Shown piece by piece: positions 1 through 8,732 of a stretch of 52,839 bases of DNA. A program made the translations under genes and the position numbers. Numbering within the stretch: the stretch's first letter is position 1; each line of letters begins with the position of its first letter. This DNA is from Clostridiales bacterium (lineage in GTDB: Bacteria; Bacillota; Clostridia; Lachnospirales; Lachnospiraceae), in NCBI GenBank assembly GCA_012839235.1, contig DUNS01000074.1, positions 1 through 52,839 of the forward strand, given 5' to 3'. The notes below the pieces were generated by a model, which was not told the origin of the DNA, did not search any database, and saw only the letters and a list, made by a program, of their open reading frames with translations.

Positions 1-1
1 A

Positions 2-415
2 TCAGAAGAAGAGTTTGAACAGCATAAAGGTGTAATTGGTGATGGGGTTCTAACAAGAAGAGCTAAGCATGCGGTATATGAGAATCAGAGAACTATTAAA
101 GCAGTTGATGCTTTAAAGGCTAGAGATATAAAGAGATTTGGTGAGCTTATGGATGATTCCCATGTATCTTTGAGGGATGATTATGAGGTAACTGGAATTG
201 AACTGGACACCCTTGTTGAAACAGCTTGGCAACAGGAAGGTGTTATTGGTGCCAGAATGACAGGTGCAGGATTTGGTGGTTGCACAGTTAATATTGTTAA
301 AGAAGATGTAGTAGATAAATTTATTGATAAGGTAGGAAGGGTTTACGAAGAAAAAATCGGTTATAAGGCTGATTTTTATGTTGTTGATATTGGTGATGGA
401 CCTAAGGAACTATAA
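2..415 (+). CDS. galK: Galactokinase, C-terminal part (5' end lies before the window)
   Basis: Frame is open from base 2 (SEEEFEQH...RRAKHAVYENQRT...SHVSLRDDYEV...GARMTGAGFGGC), with GHMP-kinase/GalK C-terminal motifs. Confidence 0.93.
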   Translation, partial: SEEEFEQHKGVIGDGVLTRRAKHAVYENQRTIKAVDALKARDIKRFGELMDDSHVSLRDDYEVTGIELDTLVETAWQQEGVIGARMTGAGFGGCTVNIVKEDVVDKFIDKVGRVYEEKIGYKADFYVVDIGDGPKEL

Positions 416-454
416 GTTTCTAATCCCGTAGACTAGAGAATAGGATGGTGAAGT

Positions 455-3193
455 ATGCATAATGTATTAAATGAAAAAGCAAGAGATAAGTTTACTTTAG
501 AGGGTAAAACCTACGAATACTATAGCCTGCAGACTTTAGAGGAAGAGGGCTATGATATTAAGAATCTGCCATATTCCATAAAGGTTTTATTAGAATCAGT
601 ATTAAGGCAGTATGACGGACATGTTATTAATGAAGAACATATTCGTAATCTGGCTAATTGGGCGAAGGAGCAAAATAAAGAGGCTGAGGTACCATTTAAA
701 CCAGCTAGGGTTATTCTTCAGGACTTTACTGGGGTTCCTGCAGTTGTTGACTTGGCTTCTATGAGGGATGCTCTATATAATGTTGGAAAGGCTGAGAATA
801 AGGATGATAAAATCCTGGATTTTCTCCTAGATAAGATTAATCCAGAAGTACCGGTTGACTTGGTAATTGACCACTCTGTCCAGGTGGACTTTTATGGTAA
901 TGAGAAGGCTCTGGAAGAAAACATGAAATTGGAGTTTGAACGTAATAAAGAAAGATATCAATTTCTTAATTGGGCTCAGAAAGCCTTTGATAATTTTGGT
1001 GTGGTTCCTCCTGCAACAGGTATTATTCATCAAGTTAATTTAGAATATCTAGCCCAAGTAGTACTTTCAAAGGAAGGTAAAGAGGGAACCCTGGTCTATC
1101 CAGATACCTTGGTGGGAACAGATTCCCACACTACTATGATTAATGGCCTCGGTGTTTTAGGATGGGGCGTTGGTGGAATTGAGGCTGAAGCAGGAATGCT
1201 TGGACAGCCTTCATATTTTCCAGTTCCTGAGGTTATAGGAGTTAAATTCACTGGGGTCCTAAGCGCTGGAGCAACAGCTACTGACCTAGCTCTTAGAGTA
1301 ACCAATCTACTTAGGCAAAAGGGTGTTGTTGGCAAGTTTGTAGAGTTTTTTGGTGATGGTGTTAAGAATCTTAGTCTTGCTGATAGAGCTACAGTTGCTA
1401 ACATGGCTCCAGAATACGGGGCTACCTGTGGATTTTTCCCTGTAGATGAAGAAACCTTAAAATACATGGAGCTATCAGGACGAACAAAGGAGCATATTAA
1501 TATTGTAAGAACCTATCTGACTAAGAATGGGTTATTTAATCAATACGAGGATAATAGTACGGTTTACACAGATGTTATTGAGTTAGACTTAAGCACAGTA
1601 CAGGCTTCCTTATCAGGTCCAAAGCGTCCACAGGATTTAATATCACTTATTGATATGAAAAAGGAATTTGTTAAGTCAATAACTTCTCCTGTTGGTAATC
1701 AAGGCCATGGATTAGATGAGGCAGTATTTAATAAGTCCGTAGATATTACCCTTGCTGACGGAAGAAGAAGTAAGATGGAAACTGGCTCTATCGCCATTGC
1801 TTCTATTACTTCATGTACTAATACATCTAACCCTTCAGTAATGTTAGGAGCAGGACTCTTGGCCAAGAAGGCAGTAGAAAAGGGGCTTCAAGTTCCTGCC
1901 CATGTAAAAACTTCATTGGCACCAGGCTCAAAGGTTGTGTCTGGCTACTTAAGGGATGCAGGACTTCAGGAGTATTTGGATAAGTTAGGCTTCCAGATTG
2001 TAGGCTATGGTTGCGCAACATGTATAGGTAATTCAGGATCTCTTCTTCCAGAGATAGCATCAGCAATTACTGATAATGATTTACTAGTAAGCTCAGTTTT
2101 ATCTGGTAATCGTAACTTTGAAGGTAGAATTCACAGTTTAGTTAAGGCTAATTATCTGGCATCACCTCCACTGGTTGTTGCATATGCATTGGCTGGAACT
2201 GTTAATATTGATTTGACTAAGGATCCAATTGGTCATGATACAGAAGGAAAAGCAGTATATCTAAAAGATATATGGCCAAGCAAGGAAGAAGTACATGAGG
2301 CAATGGAGAACACTGTAAAACCTGAATTATTCCGTAAGGAATATGAGCAGGTTTATAATAATAATAAGATGTGGAATGAAATCCAAGTAGATAATTCTAA
2401 GCTTTATGAGTTTGATGAGGCTTCTACTTATATACAAAAACCAACCTTCTTTACTGGTTTATCAAAGGAGCCACAGGCTATCCATAAGATTTCTGACCTA
2501 AGAGTAATCGCTAAGTTCGGAGATTCAATTACAACTGATCATATATCCCCTGCAGGAGCTATTGGACAGAATTCTCCGGCTGGCAGCTATTTATTAGAGA
2601 AGGGGATTAAAGCCTCTGATTTTAATACCTATGGTTCTAGAAGAGGTAACCATGAAGTAATGATGAGGGGTACATTTGCCAATATTCGTATTCGTAATAT
2701 GATTGCTCCAGGTACAGAAGGAGGATATACAACCTATTATCCAACAGGTGAGGTTATGACCATATTTGATGCCTGTATGAAGTACAAGGAAAATGGCACT
2801 GGACTTGTAGTAATTGCAGGAAAGGATTACGGAATGGGCTCATCAAGAGACTGGGCTGCTAAAGGTCCAAGCTTACTTGGAGTTAAGGTTGTTATTGCTG
2901 AAAGCTACGAAAGGATTCATCGCTCTAACCTTGTAATGATGGGTATCCTACCACTACAATTCCTTGATGGAGAGACAGCAGATAGTTTAGGACTGACCGG
3001 AGAAGAAACCTTTGAAGTTCTAATAGATGATAATGTTCGTCCAAGAGAAGTAATCACGGTAATAGCAAAAGGTAAAGATGGCTCTATCACCGAGTTTAAA
3101 GCAAGAGCTCGCTTCGATTCCGAAGTGGACGTAGACTACTACCGCCACGGAGGAATATTGCAGATGGTATTAAGAGAAAAAATGGCTGAATAG
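455..3193 (+). CDS. acnA: Aconitate hydratase AcnA (CitB/IRP type)
   Basis: 912 aa; [35 protein letters not shown] (Fe-S cysteines), [10 protein letters not shown]. Confidence 0.97.
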   Translation: MHNVLNEKARDKFTLEGKTYEYYSLQTLEEEGYDIKNLPYSIKVLLESVLRQYDGHVINEEHIRNLANWAKEQNKEAEVPFKPARVILQDFTGVPAVVDLASMRDALYNVGKAENKDDKILDFLLDKINPEVPVDLVIDHSVQVDFYGNEKALEENMKLEFERNKERYQFLNWAQKAFDNFGVVPPATGIIHQVNLEYLAQVVLSKEGKEGTLVYPDTLVGTDSHTTMINGLGVLGWGVGGIEAEAGMLGQPSYFPVPEVIGVKFTGVLSAGATATDLALRVTNLLRQKGVVGKFVEFFGDGVKNLSLADRATVANMAPEYGATCGFFPVDEETLKYMELSGRTKEHINIVRTYLTKNGLFNQYEDNSTVYTDVIELDLSTVQASLSGPKRPQDLISLIDMKKEFVKSITSPVGNQGHGLDEAVFNKSVDITLADGRRSKMETGSIAIASITSCTNTSNPSVMLGAGLLAKKAVEKGLQVPAHVKTSLAPGSKVVSGYLRDAGLQEYLDKLGFQIVGYGCATCIGNSGSLLPEIASAITDNDLLVSSVLSGNRNFEGRIHSLVKANYLASPPLVVAYALAGTVNIDLTKDPIGHDTEGKAVYLKDIWPSKEEVHEAMENTVKPELFRKEYEQVYNNNKMWNEIQVDNSKLYEFDEASTYIQKPTFFTGLSKEPQAIHKISDLRVIAKFGDSITTDHISPAGAIGQNSPAGSYLLEKGIKASDFNTYGSRRGNHEVMMRGTFANIRIRNMIAPGTEGGYTTYYPTGEVMTIFDACMKYKENGTGLVVIAGKDYGMGSSRDWAAKGPSLLGVKVVIAESYERIHRSNLVMMGILPLQFLDGETADSLGLTGEETFEVLIDDNVRPREVITVIAKGKDGSITEFKARARFDSEVDVDYYRHGGILQMVLREKMAE

Positions 3194-3201
3194 TGTAGTG
3201 A

Positions 3202-3404
3202 TGTTTATCACATATTCAGTTAGTGAAAATATGGTGTGACTATGATCCAAAGAGACACGCTCTCGCTCGTTTTCGCTCATAGCGGTATCTAGGCTCGTGA
3301 CAGATAGGTATATCTGCCACAAGCCAAGTACCGATGGCGAAAAACAGTCTCTTTATGGATACATAATCACACCATATTTTTGAAGTTTTTTGAAGTGATA
3401 AACA
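3202..3404 (-). repeat. Long imperfect hairpin element, family 1 copy A (motif on minus strand)
   Basis: Nested inverted repeats TGTTTATCAC/GTGATAAACA, AAAATATGGTGTGA/TCACACCATATTTT, AAAGAGAC/GTCTCTTT, TTTTCGC/GCGAAAA, CAGATA/TATCTG. Minus strand reads TCGGTACTT...TACCGCTA...AGCGAGAGCGT. Confidence 0.85.
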
Positions 3405-3637
3405 CTCAAGTTTATTGAAAAAGTACTTGTTACACTTATTACCTTTTGTACGAAGAAAAGCCATATTTTGAGAACTAAAGGATTTGTTATAATACATTGG
3501 TATTTGATTTATAGTAATATATTAGTATTGAATTTATATAAGCTTGTATTATATCTAAAACTAAATAAGGGGCAAAAGCCCTCGAAAACTATAAAAGAAT
3601 AAGGGAAAGATATTCAGCTATATAAAAGTCTAATATT

Positions 3638-3775
3638 AAGTTCAGAGAAAAATATTTCCCATGGTGAGTATTTGCATTCGTCGGCACTTAGAACACGTAT
3701 TTTGTGTTCTTAGTACCGCTACGAATGGAACTAAGCGAGAGCGCCTCACCATGGGATTATTTATTCTCTGGACTT
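3638..3775 (+). repeat. Long imperfect hairpin element, family 1 copy B
   Basis: AAGTTCAGAGAA/TTCTCTGGACTT, TCCCATGGTGAG/CTCACCATGGGA, CATTCGT/ACGAATG, AGAACAC/GTGTTCT. Core TCGGCACTT (3681), GTACCGCTA, CTAAGCGAGAGCG (3731-3743). Confidence 0.88.
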
Positions 3776-3839
3776 TTCTTAACCTACAAAGCTGGATATC
3801 TTTCCCTTATTCTATTCAATACCTTTACGTCTTTTGCCC

Positions 3840-4715
3840 CTACACAGCTTCTAATTCCAATAGCCCCAGCTTTATGCAACCCATTATTCCTTGATCTCCA
3901 TTAAGAGCGGCTGGTACGATGTAGGAATCTATGTCTTTAATCTGTGGTGTATCCACATATCCATTAAGCATACTAACTACCTGAGAACGAATTAATGGGA
4001 ATAGCTGCTCCTGGTGCATAACCCCACCACCTAATACGATTCTATGAGGTGATAAGCATAGAATATAATTAGCAATTCCTTGAGCCAGATAAAAGGCCTC
4101 TAATTCCCATACCTTATCATTATCCGCTAGTTCATAGGCCTTTTTATGCCATCTCTTTTCTATAGCAGGACCTGAAGCCAATCCTTCTATACAATTAGGA
4201 TGATATGGGCATACACCATCAAAATCATCCTCTGGATGTTTACTTAAGAGAACATGTCCTGCTTCAGGGTGTAGCATACCGTGAAGTAAACCACCATTTA
4301 TGCATACTCCAACACCTACACCAGTACCTACAGTGATATAAATCCCAGATTCTAAGCCTTTTAAGCTTCCCCATGTGGCCTCCCCTAAGGCTGATCCATT
4401 AACATCAGTATCAAAACCGATGGGAACATTAAGCTCTTTTTTGATATTACCAACAATGTCATAGTTAGCCCATGCTAGCTTTGGAGTGGAGGTTATATAA
4501 CCATAGGTTTTCGAATTTCTATCTAAATCAACTGGTCCGAAGGAGCCGATACCCAGCGCTTTTATATTCTTATTCTTAAAGTAGTCAATTATTCTTGGAA
4601 CCGTAATTTCAGGAGTTTCTGTAGGAATAGAGACCTGTTCAAGAATCTCCCCATTCTCATTCCCTATGGCCAAAACCATCTTAGTTCCCCCTGCCTCTAA
4701 TGCACCGATTAACAT
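3840..4715 (-). CDS. ROK-family fructokinase / manno(fructo)kinase (ScrK/GmuE-like)
   Basis: EAGGTK, GIGSFGP, TPKLAW, TDVNGSALGE, HPEAGH, CPYHPNCIEGLASGPA zinc motif. Confidence 0.9.
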   Translation of the reverse strand: MLIGALEAGGTKMVLAIGNENGEILEQVSIPTETPEITVPRIIDYFKNKNIKALGIGSFGPVDLDRNSKTYGYITSTPKLAWANYDIVGNIKKELNVPIGFDTDVNGSALGEATWGSLKGLESGIYITVGTGVGVGVCINGGLLHGMLHPEAGHVLLSKHPEDDFDGVCPYHPNCIEGLASGPAIEKRWHKKAYELADNDKVWELEAFYLAQGIANYILCLSPHRIVLGGGVMHQEQLFPLIRSQVVSMLNGYVDTPQIKDIDSYIVPAALNGDQGIMGCIKLGLLELEAV

Positions 4716-4803
4716 ATATACACCTAACCTTTCATTAATTTTATTATTAATAGCAGATTACCAGTTCAGATGATTTCCAGGACAAATCTGCTTTTTGGCT
4801 GAA

Positions 4804-4812
4804 ATTATAACA
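4804..4812 (-). promoter_or_regulatory. Candidate extended -10 (TGTTATAAT) for the ROK kinase gene
   Basis: Minus-strand TGnTATAAT about 90 nt upstream of the start codon; no good -35. Confidence 0.45.
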
Positions 4813-4892
4813 TGTTCTATTGTATATGATTTAGAGAAAAAAATAAATAGTATCTTATTTATTTGGCCAAAATTAAATAGTTAGAAAACACA

Positions 4893-4921
4893 TCGATAAT
4901 CAATTGCTAATATGTTAGAAT
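4893..4921 (+). promoter_or_regulatory. Candidate sigma-A promoter for the beta-mannosidase
   Basis: TCGATA-17 nt-TAGAAT, with TG extension. Confidence 0.45.
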
Positions 4922-5009
4922 TACATTATAGCTTATACAGCCTCAGCAATAATGCTAATTATAGTTATTATAAACAGCAGATAAAAATATATTAATAAGG
5001 AGTAGAGAT

Positions 5010-7490
5010 ATGTTACTAGAAACATTAAATGGTACATGGAAAATGAGAGAAGTAGATACAGTGCAGTGGCAGCCTGCTGAAATTCCTGGTTCTGTCATGT
5101 CTTCTTTGCTGGCTAATGGATTAACAAGTGATCCTTATTGGCGAGACAATGAATATGAAGCAAGGGAGCTATTTCGTAAGGACTATGAATTTCAAAGAGA
5201 ATTCTATGTGGGGGACGAGCTATATTCTAAGGAAAGAATTGAATTAGTATGTCATGGTCTTGACACAATTGCAGAAATCCACCTTAATGAGAAGCTTCTT
5301 GCATCCACTAATAATATGCACAGAATATGGAGACTGGAATGTAAGAGTTTATTGAACCATGGGAATAATATTATAAGGATTGTATTCCGTTCACCTATAG
5401 AACATATTGAAAACTATGTGGCAGAAGAGGGAAAGGAAATAGAATTTGTTAATACAGGAACTATGAGTGGTAGTCAATACATAAGAAAGGCTCATTCAAT
5501 GTTTGGCTGGGATTGGGGTGCACAGATTCCAGATGCAGGAATTTGGCGAGATATCGAACTTGTAGGCTTTTCAGATGCAAGAATATCTGATGTGGAGATA
5601 ATTCAGCACCATGAAGAGAACAAAGTAAGACTAGAGCTTGTAACCGAATTAGAGATTATTAATGATGATAAGTATGTTCTTGAGTATGAATTAGTAGCTC
5701 CAAATGGTAATAAAATTTCTGGTGACGCAAAGGTCAGTAGTACTGTAACTAATTATAGTCTGGAGGTTCCTAGTCCAGAATTATGGTGGCCTAACGGATT
5801 AGGTAAGCAGCCCTTGTATGAGCTTACTGTAAACTTGGTGAAAAATGGATGTATAGATGACGCTAAGACTTACACTATTGGACTTAGAACCCTTACTATT
5901 AGTCAGGATAAGGATGAGTGGGGATCAGAGTTTGCATTTATGGTTAATGGAGTTAAAATATTTGCCAAGGGAGCTAACTATATACCTGAAGATACGGTCT
6001 ATTCACATATTACTAGGGATAAAATAAAACATCTCATTGATTCAAGCGTTCGTGCTAATTATAACTGTCTTAGAGTTTGGGGAGGAGGATATTATCCTTC
6101 CGATTATTTCTTTGATCTCTGCGACAGAGCAGGAATCATCGTATGGCAGGATCTTATGTATGCGTGTAATATATATGATTTTACCAAGGATTTTGAAGAA
6201 AATATCATAGAGGAAACTAAGGATAATGTTAGAAGAATTCGTCATCACGCCTCCCTTGGATTATGGTGTGGTAATAATGAGATAGAATCAGCTTGGGTTA
6301 ACTGGGGTGGATTTAAGGATCATCCTAAGAAACTTAAAGCAGATTATATAAAACAGTTTGAATATGTACTGCCTAAGGTTGTTGAAAAAGAAGACAGACA
6401 AACCTTCTATTGGGTATCCTCTCCTTCATCAGGTGGCTCTTTTGATAATCCTGAAGATCAGAACAGAGGAGATGTCCATTATTGGGCGGTATGGCATGGG
6501 TTGAAGCCCTTTGAAGATTATAGAAATTATTACTTTAGATTCTGTTCAGAGTTTGGCTTTCAGTCATTCCCATCAATAAAAACAGTAAATTCATTTACTG
6601 AAAAAGGGGATCGTAATATTTTCTCCAAGGTAATGGAAAGCCATCAGAAGAATGGAGCAGCTAACGGTAAGATATTATATTATTTATCAGAGAATTTCCT
6701 ATATCCTAATGACTTTAGTGATCTGCTTTATGTATCTCAGATACTTCAAGGTATTGCAATCAAGTTTGGTGTAGAGCATTGGAGAAGACACCGTGACAGG
6801 TGTATGGGGTCTCTCTACTGGCAGCTCAATGATAACTGGCCTGTTGCATCTTGGTCAAGTATAGATTATTATGGCCGTTGGAAGGCTCTCCATTACATGG
6901 CTAAAAACTTTTATGCATCCATTGCGGGTAGCTTAAAGAGAGAAGAAGGCAGTCTTGTTGAAGCTCATATACAAAACGAAACTATATCCGATAATAAATG
7001 TACTGTAGAAGTTGCTTTAAAAAGGATGGACTTTACTGTTGTAGATAAGAGTATTTATTCTGTTACAGTTCCGGCTCTTTCTGCTGTAAAGGTTATGGAG
7101 AAGGACTACTCTTCACTGATAAAAGGCTGTGAAGGTGAGCTGTTTGTAGAGGCTATTATTACAGATGAAGCTGGCCATAAGAGTTATGAAGTAGTGTTCT
7201 TTGAGCCATACAAACACTTAGAACTAGAGCATCCTAACATTAGCTTTGAGGTTAAGGAAGAGGAAGATGCATATACTATATCATTGAAATCTGATAAATT
7301 GGCTTGCTTTGTGGAACTAGACTTTGGGGACAGTGATGCTATCTTTAGTGATAATTATTTTTATCTTACAAGTCCGGAGGGTAGAGAGATAAAGCTGCTT
7401 AAAGAAGATATTAGAGGCGAGGAAATTAAAAACAAAGAAGAGCTTGCTAATAAACTATTAGTTCGCAGCCTTCGAGATACCTATGAATAA
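5010..7490 (+). CDS. Beta-mannosidase, glycoside hydrolase family 2
   Basis: 826 aa; FGWDW, KGANYIP, LRVWGGG, WCGNNE (acid/base), SEFG (nucleophile), YWQLND. No obvious signal peptide. Confidence 0.93.
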   Translation: MLLETLNGTWKMREVDTVQWQPAEIPGSVMSSLLANGLTSDPYWRDNEYEARELFRKDYEFQREFYVGDELYSKERIELVCHGLDTIAEIHLNEKLLASTNNMHRIWRLECKSLLNHGNNIIRIVFRSPIEHIENYVAEEGKEIEFVNTGTMSGSQYIRKAHSMFGWDWGAQIPDAGIWRDIELVGFSDARISDVEIIQHHEENKVRLELVTELEIINDDKYVLEYELVAPNGNKISGDAKVSSTVTNYSLEVPSPELWWPNGLGKQPLYELTVNLVKNGCIDDAKTYTIGLRTLTISQDKDEWGSEFAFMVNGVKIFAKGANYIPEDTVYSHITRDKIKHLIDSSVRANYNCLRVWGGGYYPSDYFFDLCDRAGIIVWQDLMYACNIYDFTKDFEENIIEETKDNVRRIRHHASLGLWCGNNEIESAWVNWGGFKDHPKKLKADYIKQFEYVLPKVVEKEDRQTFYWVSSPSSGGSFDNPEDQNRGDVHYWAVWHGLKPFEDYRNYYFRFCSEFGFQSFPSIKTVNSFTEKGDRNIFSKVMESHQKNGAANGKILYYLSENFLYPNDFSDLLYVSQILQGIAIKFGVEHWRRHRDRCMGSLYWQLNDNWPVASWSSIDYYGRWKALHYMAKNFYASIAGSLKREEGSLVEAHIQNETISDNKCTVEVALKRMDFTVVDKSIYSVTVPALSAVKVMEKDYSSLIKGCEGELFVEAIITDEAGHKSYEVVFFEPYKHLELEHPNISFEVKEEEDAYTISLKSDKLACFVELDFGDSDAIFSDNYFYLTSPEGREIKLLKEDIRGEEIKNKEELANKLLVRSLRDTYE

Positions 7491-7535
7491 GATTTTATAA
7501 AGATATAAGAAAGATGTAAGAAGAGATAAAAAAAT

Positions 7536-7590
7536 ACCTCCTATATATTGTAAGGCATTAACAAATACCCTGTATTATATAGGAGGTTTT
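7536..7590. terminator. Possible bidirectional terminator between convergent mannosidase and nrdR
   Basis: ACCTCCTATATA/TATATAGGAGGT 12-bp inverted repeat, A-run before and T-run after; the loop is large (28 nt). Confidence 0.5.
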
Positions 7591-7602
7591 CTATGTATCT
7601 TA

Positions 7603-8055
7603 TTAACTATCCAATAAATTTTTTAGTTCATCCATAAATGTGCTTACATCTTTAAACTCTCTATAAACAGATGCAAACCTTACATAAGCAACTGGGTCTA
7701 GGTCTTTAAGCTTGTCCATAACAATCTCACCAATTATATGGCTTGGTATTTCTTTCTCTTCACGATTAAAAATCATGGTTTCAATTTCATCTACAACCTT
7801 AGTCATGGCATCAGCAGAAATAGGTCTCTTGTGGCATGACTTAAAAACACCAGATTCTATCTTAGCACGATTGTAAGATTCCCTATTATTATCTTTTTTA
7901 ATTACAACTAGTGGGATAGTCTCAATCTTTTCATATGTAGTAAATCTCTTCTTACAATCATCACATTGGCGTCTTCTTCTAATTGAATTATTTTCTTCCG
8001 CAGGGCGAGAATCAATTACTCTGGTATTCTCATTGCCACAAAATGGACACTTCAT
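7603..8055 (-). CDS. nrdR: Transcriptional repressor NrdR
   Basis: MKCPFC...VIDSR...RRRRQC..C..RFTTYE zinc ribbon, ATP cone, AYVRFASVYREF. Confidence 0.97.
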   Translation of the reverse strand: MKCPFCGNENTRVIDSRPAEENNSIRRRRQCDDCKKRFTTYEKIETIPLVVIKKDNNRESYNRAKIESGVFKSCHKRPISADAMTKVVDEIETMIFNREEKEIPSHIIGEIVMDKLKDLDPVAYVRFASVYREFKDVSTFMDELKNLLDS

Positions 8056-8113
8056 GATTAAATCCTCCTAATCTTTATGACCATACAGTGATTATTCATT
8101 TGTACTATATTAG

Positions 8114-8142
8114 ATTATATTGAAGAATTATAAAATGGTCAA
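8114..8142 (-). promoter_or_regulatory. Sigma-A promoter for nrdR
   Basis: Minus strand TTGACC-17 nt-TATAAT. Confidence 0.7.
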
Positions 8143-8202
8143 GAGCAAATTACAATATATAGAAATGAACTATTGCAAATCAAGCCTATATGAAGCTTCT
8201 AA

Positions 8203-8460
8203 CTAAATGCATTTGACCAAACATTTTTCTGCATCTATATCCACCAGAATGATATCTATACCTATTTGTTTAATGCAATGGGTGCTAATAACATATTCGT
8301 GGTCTCTTCCAAGCATGCCTAGTATTTTGCATGGACCTGGTACGATAATATGGGTTATGCACCCAGTGCATATATCAAATTCGAGATCGCATACATAACC
8401 TAGACGGACACAATCCCTACAGTTTATAACTTCTTTTTCTCTTAATTCACAGATACGCAT
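8203..8460 (-). CDS. YlmC/YmxH-family PRC-barrel sporulation protein
   Basis: MRICELREKEVINCRDCVRLGYVCDLEFD...IKQIGIDIILVD. ATG at 8460 is preceded by GAAAGG; the ORF track starts upstream at 8484. Confidence 0.88.
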   Translation of the reverse strand: MRICELREKEVINCRDCVRLGYVCDLEFDICTGCITHIIVPGPCKILGMLGRDHEYVISTHCIKQIGIDIILVDIDAEKCLVKCI

Positions 8461-8469
8461 ATAAACAAC

Positions 8470-8519
8470 CTTACCTTTCAGCACAAAGTTGTGTGTGAAG
8501 ATGTCTTTTCTTCACATTA
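8470..8519 (-). repeat. Probable minimal copy of family 2 repeat in the ylmC leader
   Basis: Minus strand TAATGTGAAGAAAAGACATCTTCACACA resembles TAATGTGAATTAAAAAGACAATTCACACA at 39630. It is followed by the tail TTTGTGCTGAAAGGTAAG, 9 nt before the ATG. Confidence 0.6.
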
Positions 8520-8541
8520 CTTCAATACTATTTATTGGTAC

Positions 8542-8570
8542 ATTATATGCTATTAGTTTAAAAAAGTAAT
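8542..8570 (-). promoter_or_regulatory. Possible sporulation (sigma-E-like) promoter for the ylmC-type gene
   Basis: Minus strand ATTACTT-14 nt-CATATAAT. The -10 fits CATAnnnT; the -35 is weak. Confidence 0.3.
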
Positions 8571-8643
8571 CCCTATTGGTTGGACTTAAGTTCCATCTAT
8601 AGGATTCAAAGCACATGGATATATAGCTTAATAGCAATATGAC

Positions 8644-8672
8644 TTGCCAAATTATGGATACTTTGTTATACT
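8644..8672 (+). promoter_or_regulatory. Sigma-A promoter for comM-dprA
   Basis: TTGCCA-17 nt-TATACT, with TG extension. Confidence 0.65.
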
Positions 8673-8732
8673 TCGAATTAGCAAATGATTCCTTTATTGT
8701 GAGAGAGACAATGAAGGGAGTAGCATTAATCT

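Noticed and set aside
3681-3743. Family 1 as a pistol or hammerhead ribozyme, 6S RNA, CRISPR repeat or integron attC
   Set aside because: CTAAGCG recalls pistol, but its P1/pseudoknot and TAAATAG linker are absent. No CTGATGA/GAAA core, no regular spacing or cas genes, and no RYYYAAC/GTTRRRY ends or cassette arrangement. Three copies in 8 kb argue against 6S.
3240-3904. Short ORFs 3240-3497 (-), 3661-3894 (+) and 3704-3904 (+)
   Set aside because: They run across family 1 hairpins or into the ROK gene and have no recognisable motifs. The shared 'KRER' peptide with ORF 11524 comes from the AAGCGAGAGCG repeat.
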